Positions 51,184 through 62,490 of a stretch of 64,000 nt of DNA are shown here, piece by piece. The stretch's first letter is position 1. Every line of letters begins with the position of its first letter. Both the position numbers and the translations under genes were made by a program. This DNA is from Lepidodermella squamata (taxonomy: Eukaryota; Animalia; Gastrotricha), in NCBI GenBank assembly GCA_047495785.1, contig JBLDXI010000013.1:3968001-4032000 (forward strand). Direction: 5' to 3'. The notes under the pieces are model-generated. The model ran no database searches, was not told where the DNA came from, and was given only the letters and a program-made list of their open reading frames with translations.

Positions 51184-52467
51184 TATGCACTATGCACGGG
51201 TCGGAATAATTGTTTCCAGATCCAACGCTATCTGGATCGCGAATAACACGGCAGGAAACCAACACACGACACGCATGAACTGAAATAGAAGATTGATAAT
51301 GAATCCCCGAGAGATGAATCCCAACAACCCTTTATTCACCGTACAATTCAAAAAATTAATTTAATGATAAGTAAAAATGCGTATAAACATATGAGCAACA
51401 CTTTTTAAAACTTTGATTTGGTATTTTGTTGAAAAACGACATGCCATTTGGCGCTATTTTTGAAAACTTTTCGCTCAAAAAAACTTTGTTCACCAGTGAC
51501 TGACCGCCCGCCCGCACGGCCGAATTTGTGCCTCCACGTCGACGGCGGCGAAACCCTCGCAGACCGTAAGCATCATAATTTATTTTTCGCGGCGTTCGTT
51601 AGTCGTTAGTCGTGATTATTTCTGAAATCGACCAGTGAATCATTATCGACCACTCTTATGCTATAAATACATACTTCGCTTCCATGTAAAAATTAGCCTA
51701 CTGGAAAATTCGGCATCATGGTTTGCCTATCGCTCACGACATACGAACCGCGGACCAAGGATACTTTCATTTGCTGTTCTAAATTATTGGGAATCTCATT
51801 GGCAGATCTTTTCTTTGGCTATTAATCAGTGCCCCACTCATGGCGTATAGCGTCTTTACCGTACCACCTTCGATGTTTGACAAAATACCTAGGTCATTCG
51901 ATGGTATCCTACACATGACCTGGTATTCAGTGCAAAATATACCAAGCTTCGATTAGTGAAGGTTTGTGATTTTCAAGTAACGGCTCAAATTTCCTATCAA
52001 AATATTTCCAGTAAAAAGAGCGAATTGCGTCCGTAAGCTACTCGTATCTAACAACTGAATAGAAATCGAGTGAGACGAATGTAAATCCATCAAGTGATAG
52101 TCCTACCTGGCCAGTTCTTCTTTCAATCTCTAGAGCTTGGCATGTTCATCTTCATTTTGCTGCCGTGACGGTTTGATCCGACAAAGCGTTATACAAAACA
52201 AAAGTGGCCAGTAAGTTAATAGTAAGTGCTTCAATTATTGCCGAAAACCGTTTTTTTTTAACGCAGGCATTTGTAAAAGTGTTTGTCTGGCGACCTATTG
52301 CTCCCCTCGATGGAACCTTTAAACGAAGCTGAGAAACCAAAAGAATGACAACATTGTTAATTTTTTACTGGTCGAAGCTTTCAAACTATTAAAAATGTTT
52401 TATTGCTTTCATTTATCGTGTTTATATCAGAGAACCGGTTTAATTTTAATGAGTTTCCTCTGGTAAC

Positions 52468-55400
52468 TTAAGATTTCCGAGTAATGAAGGTGTAGGTGCC
52501 TGGATCAGCTGTGCTTGATGAAGTTTTATACTCGATCCATCCGAAATAACCGGGTTCAACGATAAAATCTGAAAATAATGTTTAAATCAGGCTTAAATTC
52601 TGTGTGAAGTTCTCACCTGTGACCGTCGAATTGCATTGCTGAATAATTTGCTTGAACTGAAGTGACGGTCGTCGATCTTTGAAAGCAGATTCATTCTGGC
52701 CGAAAACAGTTAGGGAGGCCGTATCACACCGGTCCGCATTATCCAGATCCATATCAGTGATGTTGAGAATGACCGTTGAATCCTTCACCAGCGATAAGAA
52801 AGTGATGTAGCAGGTGACAGACCTCGAGGTGGGCGGAGTGAAGACAATGTTACCGTTAACGTTTTTAGTTTTGTAGTAGACAGGCTGACCGTAGATCGAA
52901 TCAATGCAGAACGGGAGTACATCGATTTTAGGGTCTGTAGGCAATCGATCGTCCACGATCATGTCATAGTCCTCCTGCGAGGGCAAGCAACTGACATCCC
53001 CAACCCATTCGCCATCGAAACTACATTTGATCTGCTGAACATCAAATGCAGAGTTTCTTCGCCGATTCTGGTTATTGTTATTATTGTTCCTTGACGGTGA
53101 GACTACAAACTGTGCGATTGAGGAGGGCGGAGCTTGGACTGGAGATCCAGTATCAGAGCTGCCAGCCGGATTTATACCACTGAAGGAGAAAGCAGATGGG
53201 TTGTAATTTTGAGTGTTAGACCCAGCCATCATTCCAGAAATTCCGGACGGGTTCATTCCCGACATGCCTGATATGCCCGACATGCCCGATATGCCCGACA
53301 TGCCCGATATGCCCGGTATGCCCGACATACCCGATATGCCCGACATGCCCGACATGCCAGACATGCCAGTCATTGCGGCCGGTCCACGGTTGATCGCCCT
53401 CGAGCCGAAAGCGCTTGGGGGCTCAGTTATAACCATGCCAGTTTGTCCACCGAACCCGGTACTACCAGCAGGAACAGTGTATGATTCGACGGAGATGAGA
53501 GGCGGGATTGTCCTTTCAGGTGTAGTTGATATTCTGGAGGGTGGCGGGGTGACTTTCTCATTGTAGACACCAGTCATTGCAATATTGCTGCTATTGGAAG
53601 GCGGTGGCAGGGTTCCAATCGGGCCTTGCATCATCATCATGCCAGGGTTATAAGTAGAGGCAAACATATTAAAATTGCTAGTGGACGCAACAGTGCCAGA
53701 AACGAACGATGGCATTTCTGAGGAAAATCCAACCTCTCTCTTTGCGCGGTCGACTCTGTTACCATCTGAGCTAGCATTCATTCCGGTTCTCCGAGCCAGA
53801 AACCTCGCCCTTTCCTGTGTTTCATCGGGGGTTGATGTAAATCTGTTCATAGCGTCACGCTGCTGCTTTTTAGCAGCACCTCGCAGACCAGACGGCGCGT
53901 CATTGACGTTTTCCAGCCGCATTGTTCCGCCAAATGTCGGCGAAACATTGCACGTGTAGTACGCGACAGCGGTATCACCGCTTGTACGTCTAGCTCCATA
54001 GGTGAACATATACGGGGCCTGTGCGCACTGCTTCGTTTCCACAGGAAGTGTCGTCGTGATAAAGTAACCTCCATATTCCAGCTTCATTCTGGCTCTTTCG
54101 ATTGCCTCTTTCAAAGCTTTATTTTCCGTCGTAGTTCTGCGAGTGAAAACTCTGGTTGTCGTTTCAACTGTCGTAGAATTAGGATTGTAAGTTGTAGACT
54201 GATTGAATAACGCATTCCCTGACGGATAGGTTACAGTTGAGAAATCTACTGGATCACCGTAGTCATACACTGCGCCCACTCGGCCCATAGTAATCGAAGG
54301 TAGCGTGAATTCACCAGGAACTAAAATGCCTATTGGTGGAAGCGTCGGTGGAGGTGTAGTCGGCGGCTCTAAAATTCCAGAGTTCTTTCATAAATTTATC
54401 TAAAAGTTTTTCGCGACATCTACCTGTTTTTGCAGTTGTTGCCCAAAGTGCTGCTAAACGAGCATCCATCCAATTACCGTACTGATCTGTGACAGTTGCT
54501 GAGGGGGTTGGGGGTGGCGTGGCTACAGCAGCAGGGGCGCGAGGAAGCGCCGAAAGATCAATACCACGCCCTATTGATACTGATGGTTGGCCATTCGAGT
54601 TACTGCCTCCATCCCTTGGATTGATGCGCCCTTCCTTTACAGCCAACCAGTAAGCAATTCGACCCTCAGGTGAGTTGGGATCGACCGTTGTCGTAGGTGC
54701 GGTAGTAGGGTTGGTCCAAGGCCGCCATGTCATCGGAGTCGGAATGGTAGGTTGAGTAAAAACGTTCTTTGGATCAACAGTCGAAAATGTTGGCCTCGGG
54801 CGAGTACTCGGACCGGGCGATGTCGTAAAGCTCTCCCACCAAGCGGTCGTGGAAATAGTCCTGTATGTCGTAGGGGGTCGCGTAGTTGTAGTAGTTGTCG
54901 TTGTGGTTGTTCTAAGGGTTGAGGTCAAAACAACTGCAGGTGGCTGGTAGCCAATGTCATTCTGGCCGTCGCGGCCTGGTCGCTGATTCACGCTGATAAG
55001 AGCGGAGAGGAGAGACCCAGCAGACTTTGGTGGTTCCTCAGATACTGCGATGCGCGTCGCTTGTGTTGATGGGCGGAAAGGCGCGGCAGAGTCAGAATCG
55101 CTTCTCATTGCTGGGAAAGTCATACCATTCATACCATTGGGCCCAGCCATCATTCCCGCAGGGATAAACGGCGTTGTTCTCTGTGTCGTGGTGCTTGTCG
55201 GAGGGGGAGCTGAAGTCATTCTGCCCAGAGCTCCGGTGAAACCCGATGGCCGGGATGTCGCTGGCGAGGCCGTCATTCCGGTCATTCCAGGGAATCCGGT
55301 CATCCCAGTCATTCCGGTCATTCCAGTCATACCAGGAAATGAAGTAAACCCGGCAGGCATACCAGTCATCCCAGTCATACCCGGAAAAGTTGATGTCATC

Positions 55401-58389
55401 ATGGGTGTGAAGTTGATCGGATTACTGACACCTGTGGGACCAAACGTCAACATCGGGTTCACGAAAACATTGTCGCCCCCGCCTAAGAGACAATAAACCT
55501 GTCGACAAAATAATCTTAACTTATCAAAGAAACGAACCAATTTGAAGGCCAGTTGTTGTGCGCTGTGTAACCCTGGGTAGAGTAATTAGTGGGATATTGA
55601 TCCTCGGGGTTGGGAGCGTCGGAGGTGGAGATTCTGTAGCTGCCGATGTAGTAACCCGTGTGGTGGTAGAAGTTGCTGTAGTTTGCGTTGTCGTTGATGT
55701 TTGAGTGCTCGATGACGTGCTTGGTCTAGTTGTGGTCGAAGTCGCTGTGGTTGTCGTTGGGGAGGTCTGTGTCGTGGTTACTGTTGTAGTTTGTGTCGTT
55801 GGACGTGTTGTTGTTGACGTGGTGGAGGTTGTAGGGGGAACAGTGCTAGTAGACGTTGGCTGAGTTGCTGTAGTTGTCGTTGAAGCTGTATATGGAACAG
55901 TGCTTGTTATCGTTTGAGTTGATTGGGATGTCGTTGTCGAAGCTCTCGTGGTTGTAGCGCTTGCTGTAGCTGTCGTTTGGGTGCTAGGTCTCGCGGTTGT
56001 TGTTGTTGTTGTTGTTGTTGAAGTCGTCACCGGAGCTGCTGTAGTTGTTTGCCTTGTTGTAGTTGTCGTGGAAACAGTGGTCGTGGCTTTCGTCGTCGGA
56101 TTTGTCCAAGCAACCAGTGTCTTCCACTTTTCAATCTCAGGGGTTGCAGCAGTAGATTGCGTCACGGATGGCTGCGTAGTGGTCGGCCGAGTCGGGCGAA
56201 CTCTTGGCTGATTACGAGTGAGCACCGTCTCCTTGCCGTCCCCTTTTGAAGTCGTAACTGTGGTAACAGGCGTTGTAGATCGAATTTGGCGCGGCGGCCT
56301 CGTTCTCTTTGGCCTAGAAAATAACGGCGAAGGCGTAGTCGTCAAACGAGAATCGACTCGACCTAAAAATACGGGAGATGCATTATGATCATCCGAAACA
56401 AGATTAGATATACTTACTGATCTTTGTTGATTCGAAGAAGCGGTTGCTGTCACTCGCATATGGCACACCGCAGGTTTTAGATTTCAGCAAGCAAGTGCCC
56501 TCTTTAATAGCGAAGGTGAATCCAACGCACCCAGATGTCTTCCGACAGAACGCTGAACAATCCTCAACTTGGCCCATTCTTGTTCCGTTTTCCATTACGT
56601 TACCAGGACAGTTACCAAAAAGTTGCCGAAAGTTTTCAGTCTTAACCTCAGATACGAAATCCGTGGTTATATTGAGGGCCTCGTCCCAGACTTTGGGTTG
56701 CCACTTGGCTAGGGTTATGTCTGTTGCATTACCCGGACCTTGGCATACAATACCAGCAGCAATTTGGTTCAAGAGAGCCGCGGCTGTTACACCGTACTGT
56801 TTGACGTAAGCCATGCGGTCATCGCATTGCCAAGGATTTCCACTGAGGCGAATTGAAACGGTTGCATTGTTCCGGAAAAGCGGCATCATTGAGGCGACAA
56901 CGCCTTCATCGATGTGTCGGAGTTCGTTATTTGAAAGCAGAAGTTCCTTAATAGTGTTGTAACTTGCGTCACTTCCTGTTGTCTGCGTGACAAGCCCCCA
57001 GAGGTTCTTCTCAATAACCGTCAAATGGTTAGAGTCCAAATTGACCGTCTCAATCACGCTAAATTCGTTGAAAGTGTCTTTCGCCAATTCTTCCAAGTCA
57101 TTGTTGGCGAGATTGAGTTTACGAAGGGATGATGCAAGCGGGCGGAGAACACTGGGTGAACTCAAGTGCTTCAAGCCGTTGAAGCTCAAATCGATCTCTG
57201 CAAGGGATTGCATGCCAAAGAATATATATTGCGGCAAATAGCTGATGTAATTGTAGCTTAGATCAAGTGTTTTCAGGGTTGCAGACGTCGGATCCAGGAG
57301 GTTAACATCAAGATTCTGAATTCGATTAGCTGCAAGACGCAGATTTTCCAACTTAATGCAGGTCAACAACAAGTCAGGATCGACGTAGGAAATCGCGTTC
57401 TGCTGAGCAGACAACGTTTTCAGGAAATACCCACCGACAGGAAAGAGATACGGCCCCTTCAAAGCCGTCAGTTGATTGAAGTCTAAATTCAACTCTTCCA
57501 GCATTTGGAGATCCCCAAATGTGCCAGGCTCGAAATCGTTAAGCTGGTTGTAGGATAGGTCCAGCTTAACCAAAGAAACCAAGTTGTAGAAAATGCCACC
57601 GGGCAGCCAAGATAGTTGGCACATTGACATGTTAATCTCCTGCAGGGTTTCATAGTTGCTTTGAAAGACTTCCTCCGGCAAAGTTCCATCCGCGAAATTG
57701 TTCCCTGCCAAATTGACGGAGATCACTCCTTCGGGCAAGTTCAGCATTTCGAAGTTTTCGGTCGTCAATTTTCGATAGGAACAATCGACGATAAGTCCTT
57801 CTGAATTTTCAGATCGCGTACATTTGCAGATCTGGCAAAGATCGGTCGATGAGTCAATTTGAATAACAGGACGATCGTTCTCTTCGTTTGCTTTCCGAGA
57901 AGCTGTAGTTTTCCGATCTCTCTCATTACTGTTATCATCGCGATTCCGATCTTTCACCGTTGAAGTAGCCTTTACCTCACCACTGTTGTCGTCATTTGAT
58001 GGTTTTCTGGTCGTGGAGGTTGGTTGCCTCGTTGTCGATCTCGTCGTAGTTTTCTGATCGTTGTCTCCAATGTTATCATCGCGATTCCGATCTTTCGCCG
58101 CGGAAGTAGCCTTCACCTCACCGCTGTTGTCGTCATTCGATGGTTTTCTAGTTGTGGAGGTTGGTTGCCTCGTTGTCGATCTCGTCGTAGTTTTCTGATC
58201 GTTGTCTCCAATGTTATCATCTCGATTCCGATCATTTGTGGCCTTCACCTCTCCACTGTTGCCATCATTTGTTGATACTTTTGTCGTGGAAGTTGCTTGC
58301 CCCGTTGTCACTCTCGAATTGCCATCTCCGAAAGAAGCTGAGATACTGATCAGCAACAGAAATGCTATCAAGATGTATTTTTTTCTCAT
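52468..58389 (-). CDS. Large secreted LRR-PAN-mucin-(split sushi)-CUB protein, 5 exons, ~1,900 aa
   Basis: Signal peptide; LRRNT (CQICKC..VDCS); ~10 LxxLxLxxNxL repeats; LRRCT (GNPWQCD); PAN (CSAFC..CVGFTF..CLLK); Thr-rich stalks; CUB-like end. The four large ORFs join through ~55-nt phase-1 introns (56417-56363, 55538-55484, 54423-54369, 52617-52569). No TM segment. Confidence 0.8.
53250..53372 (-). repeat. 9-nt coding tandem repeat (GMS/GIS)n; related (GMT)n repeat at ~55270-55385
   Basis: TGMSGMSGMSGISGMSGIPGISGMSGISGMSGISGMSGM and GMTGMTGM..GMTGMTGMTGMTGFPGMTGMT. Confidence 0.9.
57900..58290 (-). repeat. ~141-nt (47-aa) coding tandem repeat, ~2.7 units, N-terminal to the LRRs
   Basis: NDDNSGEVKAT..KDRNRDDNIGDNDQKTTTRSTTRQPTSTTRKPS is repeated; gaagtagcc recurs at 57962 and 58103. 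Confidence 0.9.
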
Positions 58390-58814
58390 CTTATTTTTGT
58401 CAAAAGTAAAAATGTACATATAAACAATAAAGCGACAGAGGTGAAAAGTTCACTGGTATTATGAATCATAGGCGCAACTTCGAGAACACCCTCCTTTGTT
58501 TGGCGGCGAATTTTTTTCTCACGCATTCGAGAAGTTTCTGTTACTAATCACATGGGTCTATTGTGTTAACCCCGCTTTGTGTTTTTGTTGGCTGTTAGTT
58601 TGTCACGAATAGCCTAATATTTAACGCGCTACGGATATGTAAACAAAAGCGACGAAAATAATTCAGCGATGATGATAGTGGCTTGAAACAACACCAAAAA
58701 ATTAACTCATGACGCTAATTAAAATGGGCGCAGAAGCTTCCGGAAGATTTTTAACGTATGATGCGCTTTTTCGCATTGGGATTTCACCATTTTGAAGCTT
58801 TTGCTTAACAAACG

Positions 58815-60354
58815 ATGAGAACTTTAGCTGATCTGATAAGTCAACGTGAACGTAGTAACAATTATGACCTCCTTGAGATTGCTCAACGTCGCGATAATGA
58901 ATCATCACCGCCCACTACACAGGCTAATGGCAATAGCGACAAGCCGAGGTGTAACATGAGTTTCAGCAAGGGCCAAAGTAAAATCGGCGAAGAGATCAAA
59001 ACTTGGCCGATAATTGATGCATTCGTGTTTTACTTTGGAAATGGCCGCCTTAAAAATCATCGAACGAAATGGCAATGGCGTAAGACCTTATCAAAGACTG
59101 GTTCCTATTCATCATTTTGTATTTAATAGTTCAAGTGATTGGATATTACTTATGCTTCTATGCCGGCGTAATTGCTCCTTTGATCCCGATTATTTTGGCC
59201 TACTATCGATTCCGATTGGATCTGCACCACCCAAAACGTTCCCATGATCTTTTACACGAGCCAGGTTGATGAATTTTTCAATTTCATGAATCTAAAATAC
59301 TGTTTTCCAGCTTTGAACTTCAGACCTTATCCTGTCGAAGGTAGAATCGCGAACAAGTCATGGGGAACGTTCGTTTATTTCAACAGATACAACCGGCCGC
59401 ATTACAAAGAATTGGTTTACAGCATAGACTCCATGGTTAAGAGTAAGAGCGAACCAATTATACTAGTCACCTTATTTTATTTGACCATCGTTATAGAATA
59501 CGAAGCCCACAGAGAAGGAACGAAAGAGTTGAAGGAAAAGGACGATATCATGTGGACGAAAATCTGTTCATTCGACAATCCGTCGGACGATGAATACGCT
59601 TGCAGCATCAACGCTCAGGTAACAACTAATCGAGCGTCTAAAACACGAAAAATTGAACACATTTTCAGAGATTTGGAACTTACTGTTATCGTAATATGGA
59701 ATATGGCTACCCAGGTAAAATCAATTGTAATTAATTAATTATTGTTGACTCGATTTGCGACTGTAACAGACGGTCAGCCGTGCTTTTTGATTCGAGTGAA
59801 TAAAATATTTCACTGGCATCCGGAGACTTATCAGACCCTCAGCGAGCTGAAAGCGGCTGGCTTTCCGCTTGACTGGACAGAGGACGATTTCGACCCCCGT
59901 TACGTTCCAATAAGTTGCACTGGAGAAGTAATTTTATCAGCTATAACATTAATTATTATTATTAATTTTTTTTAAAGACGGACATTGATGAGGAACTCCT
60001 GGGACCAGTTCGCTACATTTACCCATACGAACCGGGTAAAAACGGGATTCCAACATATTACTTCCCATTTTCACATCAGCTCAATTACAAAGCTCCAGGT
60101 ATATAGGCGTTTTTTCTCTCAATATTTTGAATTTGATATTAATTTATCATCCAGGAGTGATGGTGAATTTTTACAATGTTACCCCCAGTGTGGTAATTCG
60201 GATAAAATGCCAGTTGTGGGCTCGAAATGTCCCTCACACTCGCGATGGAGGCCAACACGCGAGGCCGAGGGGAGGCGTTCATTTTGAGCTGATGGTAGAC
60301 AATGCTAAAGTTAAGGACTTGAAGAAAAACCCTGCATGGATTGGCAGGCAATAA
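58815..60354 (+). CDS. ATP1B: Na,K-ATPase beta subunit-like, copy 1
   Basis: Single TM (VIGYYLCFYAG..), EPALNFRP, YGYPDGQPCFLIRVNKIFHWHP, ISC, GFPTYYFPF, IKCQLWARNV, GGVHFELMVD; six conserved Cys. Confidence 0.85.
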
Positions 60355-60511
60355 CCGTGCGCGGAAACGCTATCATAATTATATTCTACCTCAAAATAAA
60401 ATAATTGCAATCAGACCGTAACTTGTTGCAGACTGCGTTACCTGCGTGTGCGATATGCATAAATATATCGTGGTGTGTGAGTAGTAGTCGAAATTTCATT
60501 TCCGCTGAAAG

Positions 60512-62352
60512 ATGACTGAAGTTTTCGATGAGTACATGAGGCGGCAATTGGCGCCTGGCTACAACGATGAGCGGCTATCGAGACCGCCCAGTTTTTACTA
60601 CCAAGATTTCTCATCCAGCCTAGGTGACACGCTGCCCCGCCCAAGAACTTCAACGTCGCTAATGACTGGGCCAATTAGTGCGATATCTTCAATGAGCCGG
60701 CCTACTACTGCTGCGTTTTCAATGGCCCCTGTTGCCCATGAAGCTCCGATCTGGCAACGAAGCAACATGAGCATCGGCGCGGTTAGTCTTCAACCGCCGA
60801 ACAGCGAAGATGAAGACAATTTGGACGCTATGATAACGGATGGGCAGGAGGAGAAGGTGCCGCTCAGACAGCGGCTTGAGTACACGATACCTGTTGCGAG
60901 GAGATCGTTGAAGCAATGGATTCAACGCATTTGTTGCTACTTTTTGATGGTTTTCGTTTACAGCGTGTTCTACGCAGCTTTATGGGCGCTTTACTTGGCA
61001 ACTGTTGATTTCAACAATGTGGCTTACAGCCAATATATACTTTTGGAACCAGGTAAAATTGTTAAGCTCTTGGCACAGGCAACCCTTACCGAAATTAATT
61101 ATCTTAAGTAAGAAAGCATTAAAATAGTTTCTTCTTAATTTTTCGCTTAAATCCGATTTAAACCGAGAAAATGACATTTTATGGCTCTATAGTTCGTATC
61201 CGACGAAACTGCTGTTCGATGTTATGATCAACTTAATTGTATTGATTTTTCGATTTAAATTGATAATTAGTTTTGTAAACATTTTTTCCTCTATTTCCAG
61301 CTTTGAATTTTAGGCCAAAACCTCGCGGTGATGATTGGGGAACCTTCGTTCAGTGGAATCGCCGGGATGCGGATGCCGTCAACGAGTTGATGACATCAAT
61401 GGACGAAGTTGTAGAAAGTAATCGAAATCAATTTCATGCCGTTTGATGCATGTTATACCCTCCGTTTCAGTGTACGAGGAGCAGTTCATTGACGGTGGCA
61501 ATGGAGATCATCACACTTGGACAAAGGTTTGCGATTTTGATAACCCGGCCGATGATGAAAATGCCTGCTGGATGGACTCGCGTGCCTATGGAACCTACTG
61601 CTACAAGACACAGCAGTACGGCTTCAACGATGGTATAAAATTTGATGGCAACCTTTGAAAAATTAATAAATTTCCCCTATCTTTTACAGGAAAACCTGTA
61701 GGTTTGGTGATAGTTTCAGCTTAGTTGATTATGAATTTCGATGTTTTGAAGTGTATGCTGATAAGGATTAATAAGGTCGTTGGATGGGTTCGTTTGTCAG
61801 CTAATCATAGATGGGTAATTCCTTATGGCTAAACCTTCTTTCTTCCAGATTCCTGAACCTTATGAAAGTTTCGCCGAACTGAAAGCCGCTGGTTTCCCTA
61901 TTGATGAATGGGAAGAAGAAGACTATACCCCTGGTTTTGTACCGATATCATGCGAAGGCCAGGTTGATGAAACATTTAAACAATTTAGATAATAATTACA
62001 TAGGATTTCCATTTTTTAAGACCGACGTAGATCGGGAACTTCTTGGACCTGTGCGATATTTTTACCCTCTTCGGCCTTACAATGGCCTGGCATCTTATTA
62101 TTTCCCGTTCACCGGACAACTTCATTTCGCTCCGCCCGGAGTAATGGTTCAATTCTACAACATTACCTTCGCAGTTCCTATTCGTATAATTTGCAAATTG
62201 TGGGCGAAAAATGTTCGCCACATTCGAGATGGTAAGTTGAACTGAATCAAGATCGAAATTATTTGAGCTTCATTTATATTTCAGGACCTTTGGCAAAGCT
62301 GACAGGCGCTGTTGAATTTGAAATGATGATTGATTCAGGCATTCAGGACTGA
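60512..62352 (+). CDS. ATP1B: Na,K-ATPase beta subunit-like, copy 2 (8 exons including an 8-nt microexon)
   Basis: Long S/R-rich cytosolic N-terminus, TM, EPALNFRPKP, YGFNDGKPCMLIRINKVVGWIP, YYFPF, ICKLWAKNV, GAVEFEMMID. Confidence 0.87.
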
Positions 62353-62490
62353 AAATAACAAATAAAGTTATGTACCATTCTTCTCACGTCGGGTTTTGTT
62401 TATTAGCCCTAAATTTCCCAGTATTATTCAGCGTGAAGCTGTAGTCAACACGAAGCCGCCGAAAAATGAAATTGTTTTGTGTTCATAAAC

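Noticed and set aside
51280-51340. Acceptor upstream of Spire as a trans-splice site
   Set aside because: A plausible cis donor (g|gtgaat) lies ~60 nt upstream, giving an ordinary 5' UTR intron.
51500-51580. Possible HDV-like or hammerhead ribozyme; CTGATGA cores elsewhere (e.g. 44154) also checked
   Set aside because: Required P1/P3 pairings, or stem II plus GAAA geometry, could not be built.
53213-58275. Plus-strand ORFs (PDM repeats, poly-Val) opposite the LRR/mucin gene
   Set aside because: Antisense shadows of low-complexity coding sequence.
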